Of a DNA stretch of 64,000 bases, positions 1-12,006 are shown in pieces; the first letter of the stretch is position 1; each line of letters begins with the position of its first letter. The position numbers and the translations under genes were made by a program. The stretch is from the NCBI GenBank assembly GCA_002633005.1, contig NMRA01000114.1:803809-867808 (forward strand), in the 5' to 3' direction. The notes below the pieces were generated by a model, which saw nothing but the letters and a program-made list of their open reading frames with translations, ran no database searches and was not told the origin of the DNA. The stretch comes from Phoronis australis. Lineage: Eukaryota > Animalia > Phoronida.

Positions 1-131
1 TATTTTCTTTGCAACTATTTTGTCTTTGAATCATCTACTGCGTGCTGTACTTTCTCTTGTTACACGAATTATCACTGTTGCTGTGATATTGTTATTATTA
101 CTCATATTACCGTACTGTCTTATTATTACAG

Positions 132-593
132 GTAAACGAATTCCTGGCCGGAAAAGCCCCCCTCACGCTGGCCATGAGATTGGGTGATCACATGATGTTT
201 GTCCAACTGCAGCTGTCTACGTCCAATCCTGCCAGAAAGTCGGCCAGCCGATCCATACGTCGTAGAATGACAAACAGTTCTCGATCATCGACAGCTCCCT
301 CTGCTGTCGCCAAATCATCGAGCGTGGTGAAAAACACAGCCGGTATGACCGATACCGGATCGTCCAAACTTAAAATGAAATCCACAACCTGCGATAGTCC
401 GGCGTCACCACCGCCCGAGACAAACTTTTTAAGTGACCTCGATCAGTTGCCTAGCACCAGCTCTGGTGTTACTACAGCTAGCGACACATCAGACAATGAT
501 AAACCAGTATTAAATACTGCTGCCCTCGCACAGGCTAGTCGGAACTTATCACAGAAACTCCGTCAACTCTCCGCAGCGTCTTCCCAACTACAG
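132..593 (+). CDS. MIDN: Midnolin orthologue, internal exon (end of Catch1 plus Ser/Thr-rich linker); gene 5' end lies upstream of the window
   Basis: Acceptor tattacag at 131 and donor CAG|gttggt at 594; phase 0/0. Translation [28 protein letters not shown] matches the recalled midnolin Catch1 motif (human approx. [28 protein letters not shown]). Confidence 0.93.
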
Positions 594-1171
594 GTTGGTG
601 TTGGACTTGTTATGTTGTAATTTGTTATACTATGTTGTTATTGCCATTTGTTGCAATGGCTAAATAGGTAATAGCTACACACAGGTGTCCTGCATTTTGA
701 GAACCAGTTTCTTCACTGAATTTCAAGCATTAAATTGGTCCTCAAAATCCAAGACCCCTGTGTCTATTCCACTTAAATGTAAAATTGCTGTCTCCATGTA
801 ATACTGGATTTGCTAAGTTGTAAAGCTAATAGCATTTGTTTCATTAGAGGGTATTAGTTTCACATAATCATACAGGCTGTGTTATTACTTACTTCACAGA
901 ATCAGTTTAATCTGTATTAATCTTCAAATGAGGGTATAAGTTTATTGTGGCTGGCTGATGGCTGATGTCTGAATAAAGGAAAATGTGATAGTGGTTGCTA
1001 CGGTAACAAAGTTGAGGAACAATAGCGCGCCACTTAGATATGATATCTACGTTACTTCGATTCTAAAACTCTGGGCAATAACGCACGAAGGTTTTGCATT
1101 AACTTGTAATTGATTTTTTTGCTCATGAAAAAAAATGTCAAAAAAATTACATGGTATAAATTGTCTTGCAG

Positions 1172-1274
1172 AAAGTCACTGAATCTGTCAGTCCACCCAC
1201 ATCCAAACCACCGGGCGCTATTATTGAGAGCATGCAGCACCACGGTCATGGGGTCTACTCAGGGACATTCTCTG
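1172..1274 (+). CDS. MIDN: Midnolin exon, first half of Catch2
   Basis: ttgtcttgcag|AAA...TCTG|gtaagt; 103 nt, phase 0/1. Encodes KVTESVSPPTSKPPGAIIESMQHHGHGVYSGTFS(G), matching midnolin [21 protein letters not shown]. This frame is missing from the ORF track. Confidence 0.92.
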
Positions 1275-1639
1275 GTAAGTCTCACTTCTCCACTCTAGTC
1301 TAACTGTACCACTTTTTAGAATTCCTTCTCTGTAGAGTCCTGTCTGTGCCCATCAGCTCCCGACACTGACGAACATTCTAGGGACAGCTCAGTTGGTGTC
1401 CACCCCATCCTTCCATCATGTTACCTGCTCACTTTTTAGATTCTACTATTTTGCAAATTCCAATGGCTTCCACCGCAGGCACCAACCCCCCATATGCAGA
1501 AACGCTCCTCTCCCTGGTGGGTTTCTTCTACTGCTACTCGTAAAATCATTTTCTGGTACATTCGTTGTTATTCACCATGTACAAAGCACACGTTGGTATA
1601 CTTTTCAACCATGGCACATAGGAATCTTTTAATGAGTTG

Positions 1640-2320
1640 ATGCTACCCTCTGGATTTCGAATGGATTCGAGGCATTTTGCGCCATCTTGTGGCCGTTTTT
1701 ACTGTTTTCAAGTCGTTTTTTGGTGTCCGCCCCTCTAACAACCAAAGCACTTTAAGGATGAATGTGAAAATTGGCATGTATGTTCTTACTATGAGGAATA
1801 CAGTTGACAATGATTTTCTGACTTCAACTACTGTGGCGCCCCTTAGTGGCAGTTTTGTTTGTTTTTGTGCCCATGGCTGTATCTCCTAAGCGTTCCACAG
1901 GATCTTTATTAAATTTAGCAAATATATTTATATGAAGTTGACAACGGACGACGACGACTTTCGAACAGGTCGGTGTACCGGTGTGTCCCCTAGTGGCAGT
2001 TTTAGTTTTTATGTTTACCTCTGTATCTTCAACGGTCCTGAGCGGATTTCCATAAAATTTGGCACATAGACATCTATTAGTGAGGTGACGCTATCCTCTC
2101 GTTTTTGGACGGATTCGTAGTTTGCGCCACCTAGTGGCCATTTTTGTTGTTGTAAATGGCTTTCTTTTAAAGAAACGGTGACATTTTCTGGATTTCAGAC
2201 GGATTTGACGTATTTTGTGCCATCTAGTGGCTATTTCGATGATACAAACGAAACCCTCTAAAAGCACACGATTTGCGATGCATTCGTGGGCACATGTCAA
2301 CACTCCGCGTTGCTCTTGTT
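1640..2320. mobile_element. Non-autonomous interspersed repeat with degenerate ~150-bp internal subrepeats (Helentron-associated/HINE-like)
   Basis: Recurring unit containing (G/T)GCGCCMYYTAGTGGC and AAATTTGGCA-type motifs, ending ...CGCGTTGCTCTTGTT. Family assignment is inference and boundaries are approximate. Confidence 0.45.
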
Positions 2321-3806
2321 AATTTATTCTGGACACGAGACTTCCTGATTACTTTGTCTTGGGAGGCCAACTTGGCTGAATGTGCAGCTGTTTGACAAAG
2401 TTTGTCGGCATAGTTCATTTGTTTCGTGACTGATCAGGTGAATAAATTACTAGCTCCCCCTTGAGTGAATGTATGAATGGATGAACGCGCTGGCAAAGAT
2501 TGCATGGTGACTCAGGCATGAACAAACATTTACAAAAAACGTAAATTCATTACGATTGTTGTTGTCTTGGTAACTGAATGTATATTTTTCTTCTACATCT
2601 TGTACAATCCTATATCAGAGTTCCCAACTATCCTATTGTTGAATAATGCAACCATGAAGTTATTGACCTTTTACTAGTGCAAAATATGTCATGGAGTTCA
2701 TCAATTCAACCTACCACTATACAGCTGGATACTTCCTCCCCAGCAAATCCTTGTTGTTGCTCATGCTCTGTTAAACACATTATTCAAGTTGTTGTTTACT
2801 ACATGTTTATCTGGTAATAGATTTGCCTTGCATAAGTGTTGTTTGGCACATTGTCAACAATTCCCAGTACAGGCTTCTGATTCTGATGTGAGGTGGCATA
2901 AAGTACACAGAGGTGTTCTCATGGAGAGTGGGGGGTGGGAGGGGTTTGTGTTGTGTACTTATATGGCCAGTTGTGTCAGTTTCAAACATAAAACATTTAG
3001 TATGTGATTAGTACTGTATGTGATTAGTTTGTAGGAAACCATTGAATTATCAGTTTTTGAAAAATAGTAATAAATTATTGATTACAATTCTGCTTCAGCC
3101 TAATTGATATGTTTTCAGTTTAACCAATGACTGTAGACTCCATAGCTTGGCATAAGGGGCAGATGTTCATAAACAAATAAAAAAAAAATGTTTTCTAGAA
3201 AATCAACTAGGACACCGGTATTATTGTTTGAACTAACAAAGGCCTTTCTGAATTAACCATTAAGCTTACAATAAATTTCAACGTTCTCATTGCTTAGATG
3301 TGGTTTTACCTCAGATTGTGATGTTGATGTATTCACTTATTAAGCGTGTCTCATTCACTCATCCTTAGGTTCAGGACAATGCTCTTTTGCACTGAATTGA
3401 CCCTGTTGCACATCATCTATGTTTATAGAATTTTTGCCTTGCGGTGACAAAAGTACATTAGTCCATTAGTCTGGGCAACCGTGTTGTGTCGTGTCGTTAT
3501 GTCACATCGGTTCGGTTATGTCACATCATTCTCTGTTCAGGTCACGCCTACTGGAGGCGTACTTATCAATCTTTCTGCTAGAAGTCAAGGCTAGTGGTCT
3601 AGTCATGTGGGCGGGTGGATGGCATTCTCATTGGCATGCAAAGTTTAGATGTTCCGATATCTGGTTTGATTCTCTACGTCACTATTTTTGCAATGCAAAT
3701 CTATACATCATACATTAAAGTGTCATGTATGGATTTGCATTGTAAAATAATCTTCATCAGTTACCTTTTGTTGTACAAGTTTATGTTTGTAAGGTCTTGA
3801 GAACAT

Positions 3807-3914
3807 TGTTTGAGGCTATGTAAGATCTCATTGACTAATCTGTGTTTGAGGCTATGTAAGATCTCATTGACTAATCTTTGTTTGAGGCTATGTAAGATCT
3901 CATTGACTAGTCTG
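3807..3914. repeat. 36-bp tandem repeat x3
   Basis: TGTTTGAGGCTATGTAAGATCTCATTGACTA(A/G)TCT(G/T) at 3807, 3843 and 3879. Confidence 0.95.
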
Positions 3915-6554
3915 TCAAGTTAGCTAAACATGTACAAAACTATAGATTTTATCTCAATAAAATTTCGCTAAAAGCATGTCTTACTATTTGGAAAATCAAT
4001 TTTACGAACTAAATAACAGGTGGGCGCTAGCGTGAGCAGTGGGCTGCTTATTTAAAATTCTCAGAAGGAGGGTGTGGTGTGCTTAGCTGTGCAGTGGGCG
4101 CTTAATCCAAAAATTTTCAAAAGTAGGGGTGTGCGCTTAGCCGTGCGGGGGTGGGAGCTTCCCTTGTCATGAAATCCGTGATATATCAGTTATACTATAT
4201 ACCTGAGCATTGGCTTCAACCCTGTTGTTTTCGGTCGATGGGGTCAAGGGTGGACGGGGGGGAAGTTAGTGGGCATGCACTTATAATTCAGCCCACATGG
4301 AAACAAAGCGGTTGACCAGGTCATGGTTGTTCCGTAGGCGAAGGAATCTTAAGCATGTTACCCAAGCATGTTGCAAACATCTGATGCGAGTGGGCTGGTG
4401 ACCTTGGTGTGGCAAGGTAAAGGTATGCCTGACATATCCTGACAGATAATAAGATTGCTTGCAGAGAGATTGTTTGCAAAGTGCACCATCGCTTCATTGA
4501 AAGGCAATTTAGAAATAGGTCTTGACTACATTTCCCTATGTTTCTGTGGGTGGGGCCATTGTTTGCTTGACCTCTTTGTCTACTGGCTTCTGTTGGACCT
4601 GAGTTGATTTGTGTCAATGTTCAAGATAGGTGAATACACTAGTTGTGGCCATTGTTGAGTTCTTAATGAGTGTGTTGATTAATGGATGTCAGATAAAAGT
4701 ACTCTTTACTTGATTTTGGGTTGTTGGTGTAATTTGATGATTTTCCAACTCAGCTGTCATCTGATGTCAAAGCAGTTCATTAGAATAATATTGTACCACA
4801 TGTATTGTCAGAGGAAATGCTGGAAAGGTTTCTAGGGTGTGGCTCATATTTATTCATTAGCCTCAATGCAAAACGCTTCCTGCTTTTGTTGTTGTTAAAT
4901 TTCTCAACTGAAGGGGAAGGATGGAGAACACACGATGCAATTTACTGGCCAGAAATAAGTCTATCAATAAAACGTGTGGCGGTGTTCTCCTCAACTGAAA
5001 ACCCAGACATGTTGGAAACATGCTATTAGTAGCAAATGGTCTGCAAGGGCGCAGCATTTGAAATTTTCTGTTGTGCAAATGTACTTACAGTTGCAGGAGA
5101 CTGTGGTGTACATTTACCTGCCCTGTTACCTGTCCTATATACAAAAACAGTTATTTACTGCAGTGCGGAAAAACAAGTTAGTGTTTTTTGTTTCTTCAAT
5201 TTTTACATTAAAAAATCTGATGAGCTTTTGCCAACTGGTGGCAAATTTTTATTTACAAGCAATGTGTAGCAGTGTTCGCAACTGAAAGTCCAAATTTTCC
5301 GGGAGTCCATGCTCACGTTTTGGGGGCCAGTCAAACATGTCTCAAGTGTCAGTATACATGTCACGGCGACACATCAAGACTGGACACTGTAGCCCAGTCT
5401 GCACCCTACTTGCAAATACTCTGTTCTTTATTGACATCCATATATTCTATGAATTGTATTTGAACCATCCACTGAGCTGGTTTACCTTTCATCTAGGTAA
5501 TTCCTTATGTAATCATCTTGTGGTCTATATTAAAACCCCTAGTTGCAGTGATGCCAACTGATATAATAATCCTTGCCTATTTATCCCATTCATGAACTTT
5601 GGATGACCCTCACTTAACTCTGATGCTGGTTGGCAACTGAGTCCAATATTTATTTTATGCAGCCAGTGAGTTCAGCCTTTCTTGTTTATGATCTTGTTGA
5701 CGGCTTTCTACCTGTTTATGTTTGCTTTTTTATTATGGACCAACTTTGCAAGCCAAATTGATTCAGATGGGCTGTGCTGTCCGGTTAAAACGATATTCAA
5801 GCCTTGCGCTTGTCACCACAAACACAGACTGGGGTTGTGTCTTACCTACTGCGAAACCCCTATTACGTTGCCAAAACTGGTGTATTTGAACGTCAAAGCA
5901 CAGCACTTTACTTAGAGACTGCGTAAGAAGATCACAAAGAGAAAGTGAGAGATAGGGACACAAAGGCAACATGGGCACGTACTTAAAACTGGATGAACGA
6001 GAGTTAGTGTATTCTACTGACTGAATAGTCATGATCAGTCAATTTGCAGAACAATACCAGCTGATTTAATAGATGGGGCACAACACTGAATTTATGGGTC
6101 GTTTTTGACACGTTTTCTGAATTTATGTGGGAAAGTCGTGCAAACGCTCACCTCATAATTGTGAGTTGTGACTTCTATTTTGGATGATTTTGGCATGGTC
6201 ACGGATGTATGGAGAAGTTTGGTCAGAGAGCGCAGAAATTTTACTTACTCTGTTCACTCTTGTGAGTTCCTTCAATTCCACAATTTCTAGATATCAGTTT
6301 GGAATCATGTTCTGATGTTTCAAAAAGTCCTGCAACATTCTATCTCAGTTTAATTACAATCATTGGGGAGAGCTGTGGCCAGCAGTTGTCACTTTATTCA
6401 TCTCAGAAACCAATTACCCTGTCCAGATAAAACCTAGCACAGCTTCACAATAGTTTATGGCTGTCTGGTGCTAAGTGGGTAATGTACCATGTATTATAAT
6501 GTTGGTGTAACTTCCCTTGATAATTACTGCCATCACTCCCTAAATGCTAGAAGG

Positions 6555-7049
6555 GCCTTTTGTACTATTGCGGGTGCCTCTATGTTTTGGGGAGTTGCTG
6601 TCAGTATGAATGGTAAACTTTGGTCCTGGATCGAAGTTAACAGCGCCAGTTAACTTCTCAGTAAACTCATGGATTTAATAGCGGAGCTCCTCGACGCTGT
6701 GGTGCAGTATGAACGGTCAACTTCGGTCCCATCAAAGTTATCACCAGGGGCCACTGTTATCGTGAACAATTACAGGGCAGTGTTGTCGCTAATAGGTTGT
6801 TCATATTTTGCTAGAATAATCACCAATCGAATTAGAAATAGGTTTTTGTGCCAATTGGCTCGTGTCATCGTCCCCAAATTATCACATAGAGTGCTACCTC
6901 GCGATTACTTCGATGACAACAGCATCAGCTATTGTTTACTTCAATGTCCATTAACTACCGTAGCCAGTATGAACGGTTCAGTTAACTCCAGCTCCCCAGT
7001 TTAGCAGTTTGCATCTGCTCAAACAGGAGTTAGGTCAGTATGAAAGGGC
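6555..7049. mobile_element. MITE, PIF/Harbinger-like
   Basis: Imperfect TIR GCCTTTTGTACT / CAGTATGAAAGGGC, with internal re-use of CAGTATGAA near 6602, 6705, 6965 and 7036. Confidence 0.5.
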
Positions 7050-7676
7050 TTCAAAACACTGCAGAAGGACTCTAGTCATTGTAGTATTAACCCACAATGC
7101 TGGTCAGATGGGGTCGGATGGTGGTCAGATGCTCCTGAGGTGCTCCTCAGATGCTATTTGCAACTGCTCTGTGATCCTCATGTTTTCTAATTTCAACAAA
7201 GTTTTTCTGAACTTCAAAGTTTTGAGTAGTTGTGGGTATTTTGAAGAAACTTTGCCGTATATGTCAACAACTGTTTTTTTTTGGCAAACTACAATGTACA
7301 GAATGTAAAAACTGTTCGGTATGAAGGATATTTTACTGTGACTTTGCTTAGCTCAAAAATTGAATGTCTTGACCATTTGGGAAAGAAAAAACAAAAAACC
7401 ACAAGAAAAGACATTCTGCTATTGTATAAATCATTGGGAGTAAACCATTCATGCTTCAGTTCACCCACGAGGGCAATTTGCACTATTGCCTGCCAGATTT
7501 ATTACTCAGTCATGTCTCAGTGACCCTCTGTCCATTTGTCAAGAGCAGTCATGTCTCAGTGACAATCCTGTGTGGTGAGATTTGTCATTGGGACTGCCTT
7601 GTGACAGGTACACTAGGTACATAATTGAACTCTGAAACCCTCTTCTTAGACATTTTTTGCCCATCAGTGAAGATAA

Positions 7677-7746
7677 TTAATGGGGTGCAGTTAATGGGGT
7701 GCAGTTAATGGGGTGCAGTTAATGGGGTGCAGTTAATGGGGTGCGG
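7677..7746. repeat. 14-bp G-rich minisatellite x5
   Basis: (TTAATGGGGTGCAG)x5; the last copy ends GCGG. Confidence 0.95.
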
Positions 7747-10700
7747 TTTAATTCATGGTCACATTGTGGTTGTTTCAGGTAATATGTCAAGTTAATAACG
7801 CCATTTGCGGTAATTAGGTCAGGCTGAAGTCCACGACTTCAACCTAAAATAACTCAGCCTTATGGCTGGAAATCATGCGGCAGAAGTAGTCAGTGAGCTT
7901 TGTTTTGTTCAACGTGTAATTGTTTAAGATAAGGTCATAACTTGGTCAAGTTAATATAGACACCTTTAATTACAAACAATAATCTTTGTGACTGTTTAAC
8001 CAGTCACCGCCAGGTCAGTTGTGTATTTGCACAGAACTAGAAATGCCAGGCATAAAATAGGTCTAGTATTTCAGAGAAAGATAAAGTTTGTAAAGACTGT
8101 ATTTCAGTTTCTGTTCAAAGCATTGTGGAAATTGTTATATTTTAGTGACAGTCTTGTTCTTTGGCTGTTAGCTAAGTTTTTGTAAACTCTTGTTGGAAAT
8201 TACTGAACTTGGTATTTGACTTTGTTGAAGTCTGCCACTTTTTAACACGGCATTTGTGTTTTTTACATTCTTGAAGCATCTCCATTCATTTCCCTTTACT
8301 TAGCTCGGACACACTTTTGGTTAGTCATAACATTCATAATTGATCTGTAGAAGTAATATTCTGTTATAATTGAAATGAACACATGGTTAACAATCGTTAA
8401 CAATCGGCTCAACACCCATGTTGAACTAAGTGCCCAACTGCCCATCCCAGCATTCTCAACAATTTCACTTTTGAATGCCCTTGTAGTAACGTTGCCCAAC
8501 CCCAAAGAATTTCGGCAATTTTTCAAAATTACTAATCACGTGAACACCAAAGTAAGATTAGTTATATCCTAGATTGAATAATAGTTATTGCACTTGTTTT
8601 GGTTTTCATTGAAGACTGTAAAAACATAACCAATGTACATGCAATCAGAACTATGTTCTTTAAACATGGGTAAATTACCCTGTTCACTACATAACCAGGA
8701 TCTCAAATGGCACTTTCCTCAGGACTTGCCATCTGTCATTTATTGTCAGTCAGGTCTGTCTATTTTTATTGGCCTGTAAGGAGAAACAGAAACCTGGCAT
8801 TGACTTCATTCATCAAATTAGCTATGACCTTTTGGATTGCAATGGCCTTGACTGGCAATACTCTGGTGGGCTGGTGTTAGAAACTAGTGGGAATCCTTAT
8901 GGTTAGTGGTGACATTTGTCTGTTGCCAGTGCCCCTTGGTGGCCTGAGATAACTCAACTACACACCACTAATGGATGTGTCTGAGGTTTGAGGCTGGAAA
9001 TTCTGAATGATTAGAAAAACTGATGAATCTCCCCTCATCTTTATTTTGTGGTTATTGGTGAAATTTGCGGTATCCTGTCTACCAAAACCTTGCATTCCTC
9101 AATAGCTGCAGTTGCTTTGGTTGGACATGAAGTGAAATTCCATCTTAGTTCACTCTCAGCTGTACTAGAAGTATGTCTGGGGGCGGCTGGCTATGAATAC
9201 CCTGTTGGTGGGCGCAGAATTATTCACTACAACAATGTCAGCTGTTACAAAAGTGATGTCATGGTTTTCACATATGACACACTTCATTCAGTGGTAGGAT
9301 CATGGACAACTAGGTCATTAAGTTAAAATTGCCAAATTCAAACTATCATGTTTGTTGCGGCCAGTCTAGACGTAGAAACAGTCCATGAATTTCGCCGCAT
9401 TTGTAATGTAATTGAGTAAAATAAGAATTCTTAACTCACTTTGTTTAAAATGGTTATCCCAATAGAAAAACTGATGTTTTGACGGCACTGTATGCGAGTT
9501 TAAGATGTAGCTTAAAAGCTTTGTTTAAGAATAAATCCTTTTGTAACTATGAGCAAAAAAGACCCCGACAACCAAATGATGGTTTAATTGTATGAAACAC
9601 CCACAGTAATGCGACTGACTGATGGCATGTTAATCTTTGTCAGGGTGTTAAGTATTTATTATCGCCTTGCACACGACGTCCAACGTACACCAGCCAATCA
9701 CATGACAGCCGCAAGGACTTGCTTACGTCATACTTTAGTACGTGACAGTAATTAGCCAGCACTAACATCAGTTGTCTTCCATTTTTTGTTTTTTAATACG
9801 TACTTAAAATTTCGGTTATGGTATGAACTGCTATTAAGTCAGGTTTAAGGATGATTATATAGTTTCACGTCAAAGACAGCTACAGATTCACATTTTTTTC
9901 CGCGGGGTGAGTCTGACAAAAATAGGGGTGCCTAAGAATCCTCCATTGCAGCAACGGGTGGTCTGGACCCCTCTGTGGATCCATGAGTTGCTTTTGTACT
10001 CTCCCAAGACTAAAGAGTTCCCTGTCACTATCAATCGTTCATTCAGCCATAACACATTTCACTGCAGTTATTTCTGCACCCTCCAGCCATGGGTTGTCTA
10101 TTCATGATTGACCATTTACCCTTTTCTCCTTGGGTTCACATGAGCTAAATCTGAGAGTTGGTTTTGTCTCGTTCTCGGTCCACGTCTTGTTCTCGGTCCA
10201 CGTGAACATGTGTATTGTGAGCACTTCATAGCAGGCTGAGGTCGGGTTTGAGGAAACTTGTTGACGTTTTTGTATGAAATCAGTGGAATGCATCAAGCAG
10301 TCTCATAAACCAAGAGTTGTTCCCTGGGGGTAACCATTTTAATGTGGCTGTAGATCTGCATTTCATCAAAAGTCTTCTAGGACATTTAAAACTGGTCCTC
10401 ACTAGTGCTTCTTGTGCTTAGGACTATACGCTGAGCACGACCTCAAGTGCTGCCACACTGTCTGTGGTCCAGAATTTGTCCCAAGTTTGTAGAAGTAAAT
10501 GATCTAAATCTGATGTTGAACGCAGGGTTATAGTCACTTAAAAGTGATTTTGAAATTTAGTGTTTGCTCAGTTTTGATCTGTGGAAAAACGAGTTTATTT
10601 GATTTTAATGTGTCAGGACCATTATCGAAAGCTTAACCCTGACGAAAGGCATTCGTTAAAAACATTCTAGAAGTGTTAACTACCCTCATGTTAGAACAGT

Positions 10701-11826
10701 GGGTTGTCTCAAGTTTTAGTGTCTAAATTGTACATGCAGCACCCTGTATACACTATGCCGTTCTAAAAGAAAGGTCTCTTTCATTCCGCTACATTTTCAT
10801 AACAAATTGTCTATTGTATTCTTTAGTATATTAGACTGATTTAGTACTGATGTACATTGAGGAGAGGAGATAACTGGCTGCCTTGCCTGTGAAATGCCAC
10901 GAGGATCACCGCAAATGTCAAGTTGATCTCTTTGTGGTTCTGCAAGACCCTGGAGAATATATTCAGATCACGTAGTCCAATCAGAACTTGGTGTGCTGTA
11001 GTGACCAACATGGTTTAGAAGTGGCTTGACCTTTATCTTAGTTTACCACCCAACTGGTTGTGGGCTGAAATCAATTTTGATAAAACTTAAATCAATAGGC
11101 TTGTGTCCAGGTTTTGTCTCAGTTCTGTTCAATATATAGCAAGTTGTAGACTTGGACAACTTGAATTGATTTTCGCCTTTAGCTAACAGTGACTTCTATT
11201 GAGTAGTCATATACCATCAACCTCTTTCATGTTCTTTCGTCCAAAGTCTGTGGTAGTGCCTAGTTCCAGCATATGTAGCGAATAAATACATGAAACGTAC
11301 CGAGCGTGGCATAGATGAAGTAATATCCCACGAGACATTACGCGGAATAATGTAGAGCAATACTACTACACCTTTAAAAACTTGGCATATTGGTAACTGA
11401 GGTCATACCAATATTATTCCAAATGCAAAATAAATTCTTGAACAGTGATGATACCATCCCTAACAGATTCCAGAACCCTCCTCAGGGTTGGTGGCATGTC
11501 CACGCCAACCCCTTATGTAGGGGATTCATGGGTGTTGAATGGAATTGATTCTGTTTCGTACTGTTAGAGACTGCGCCATGTTTGCTAACTTGATATGTGA
11601 TAAGTACAAAATTGACTCTTAGAGCGATAATTTTGTCTTTAACTAACCGCATGGTTCAATCAATTGTTATTGCACATATCTAAATGTGCCATGGTTCTGA
11701 TAAAATTTTTTGATTTATGGAGGTAAATATCTTTTCTGTTTGTCTAATGTGTAACTTGTTTTATCTTAAGTCTAAGATTTCCTTAAGCTTGTAGCAAGTA
11801 TTAATTTTTTTGTTAATGTTTGTCAG

Positions 11827-12006
11827 GTACCCTCAACCCGGCGTTGCAGGACTCTGAGGGTAAACCGAAAAAGGACGTTGGCACGATAATCCACATTTTG
11901 AACGATCTACTGGGTGCTCAGCCTGGCGGTCGAATCCACCCTGCTGGTAAATTGCGTCGATCGCATGATAAGTCAGCAAGGAACAGCAAGTCAAAGCTGT
12001 CTGGGG
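11827..12006 (+). CDS. MIDN: Midnolin exon, second half of Catch2 plus basic linker
   Basis: tttgtcag|GT...GGG G|gtaagt; 180 nt, phase 1/1. Encodes (G)[30 protein letters not shown], matching midnolin [29 protein letters not shown]. Confidence 0.93.
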
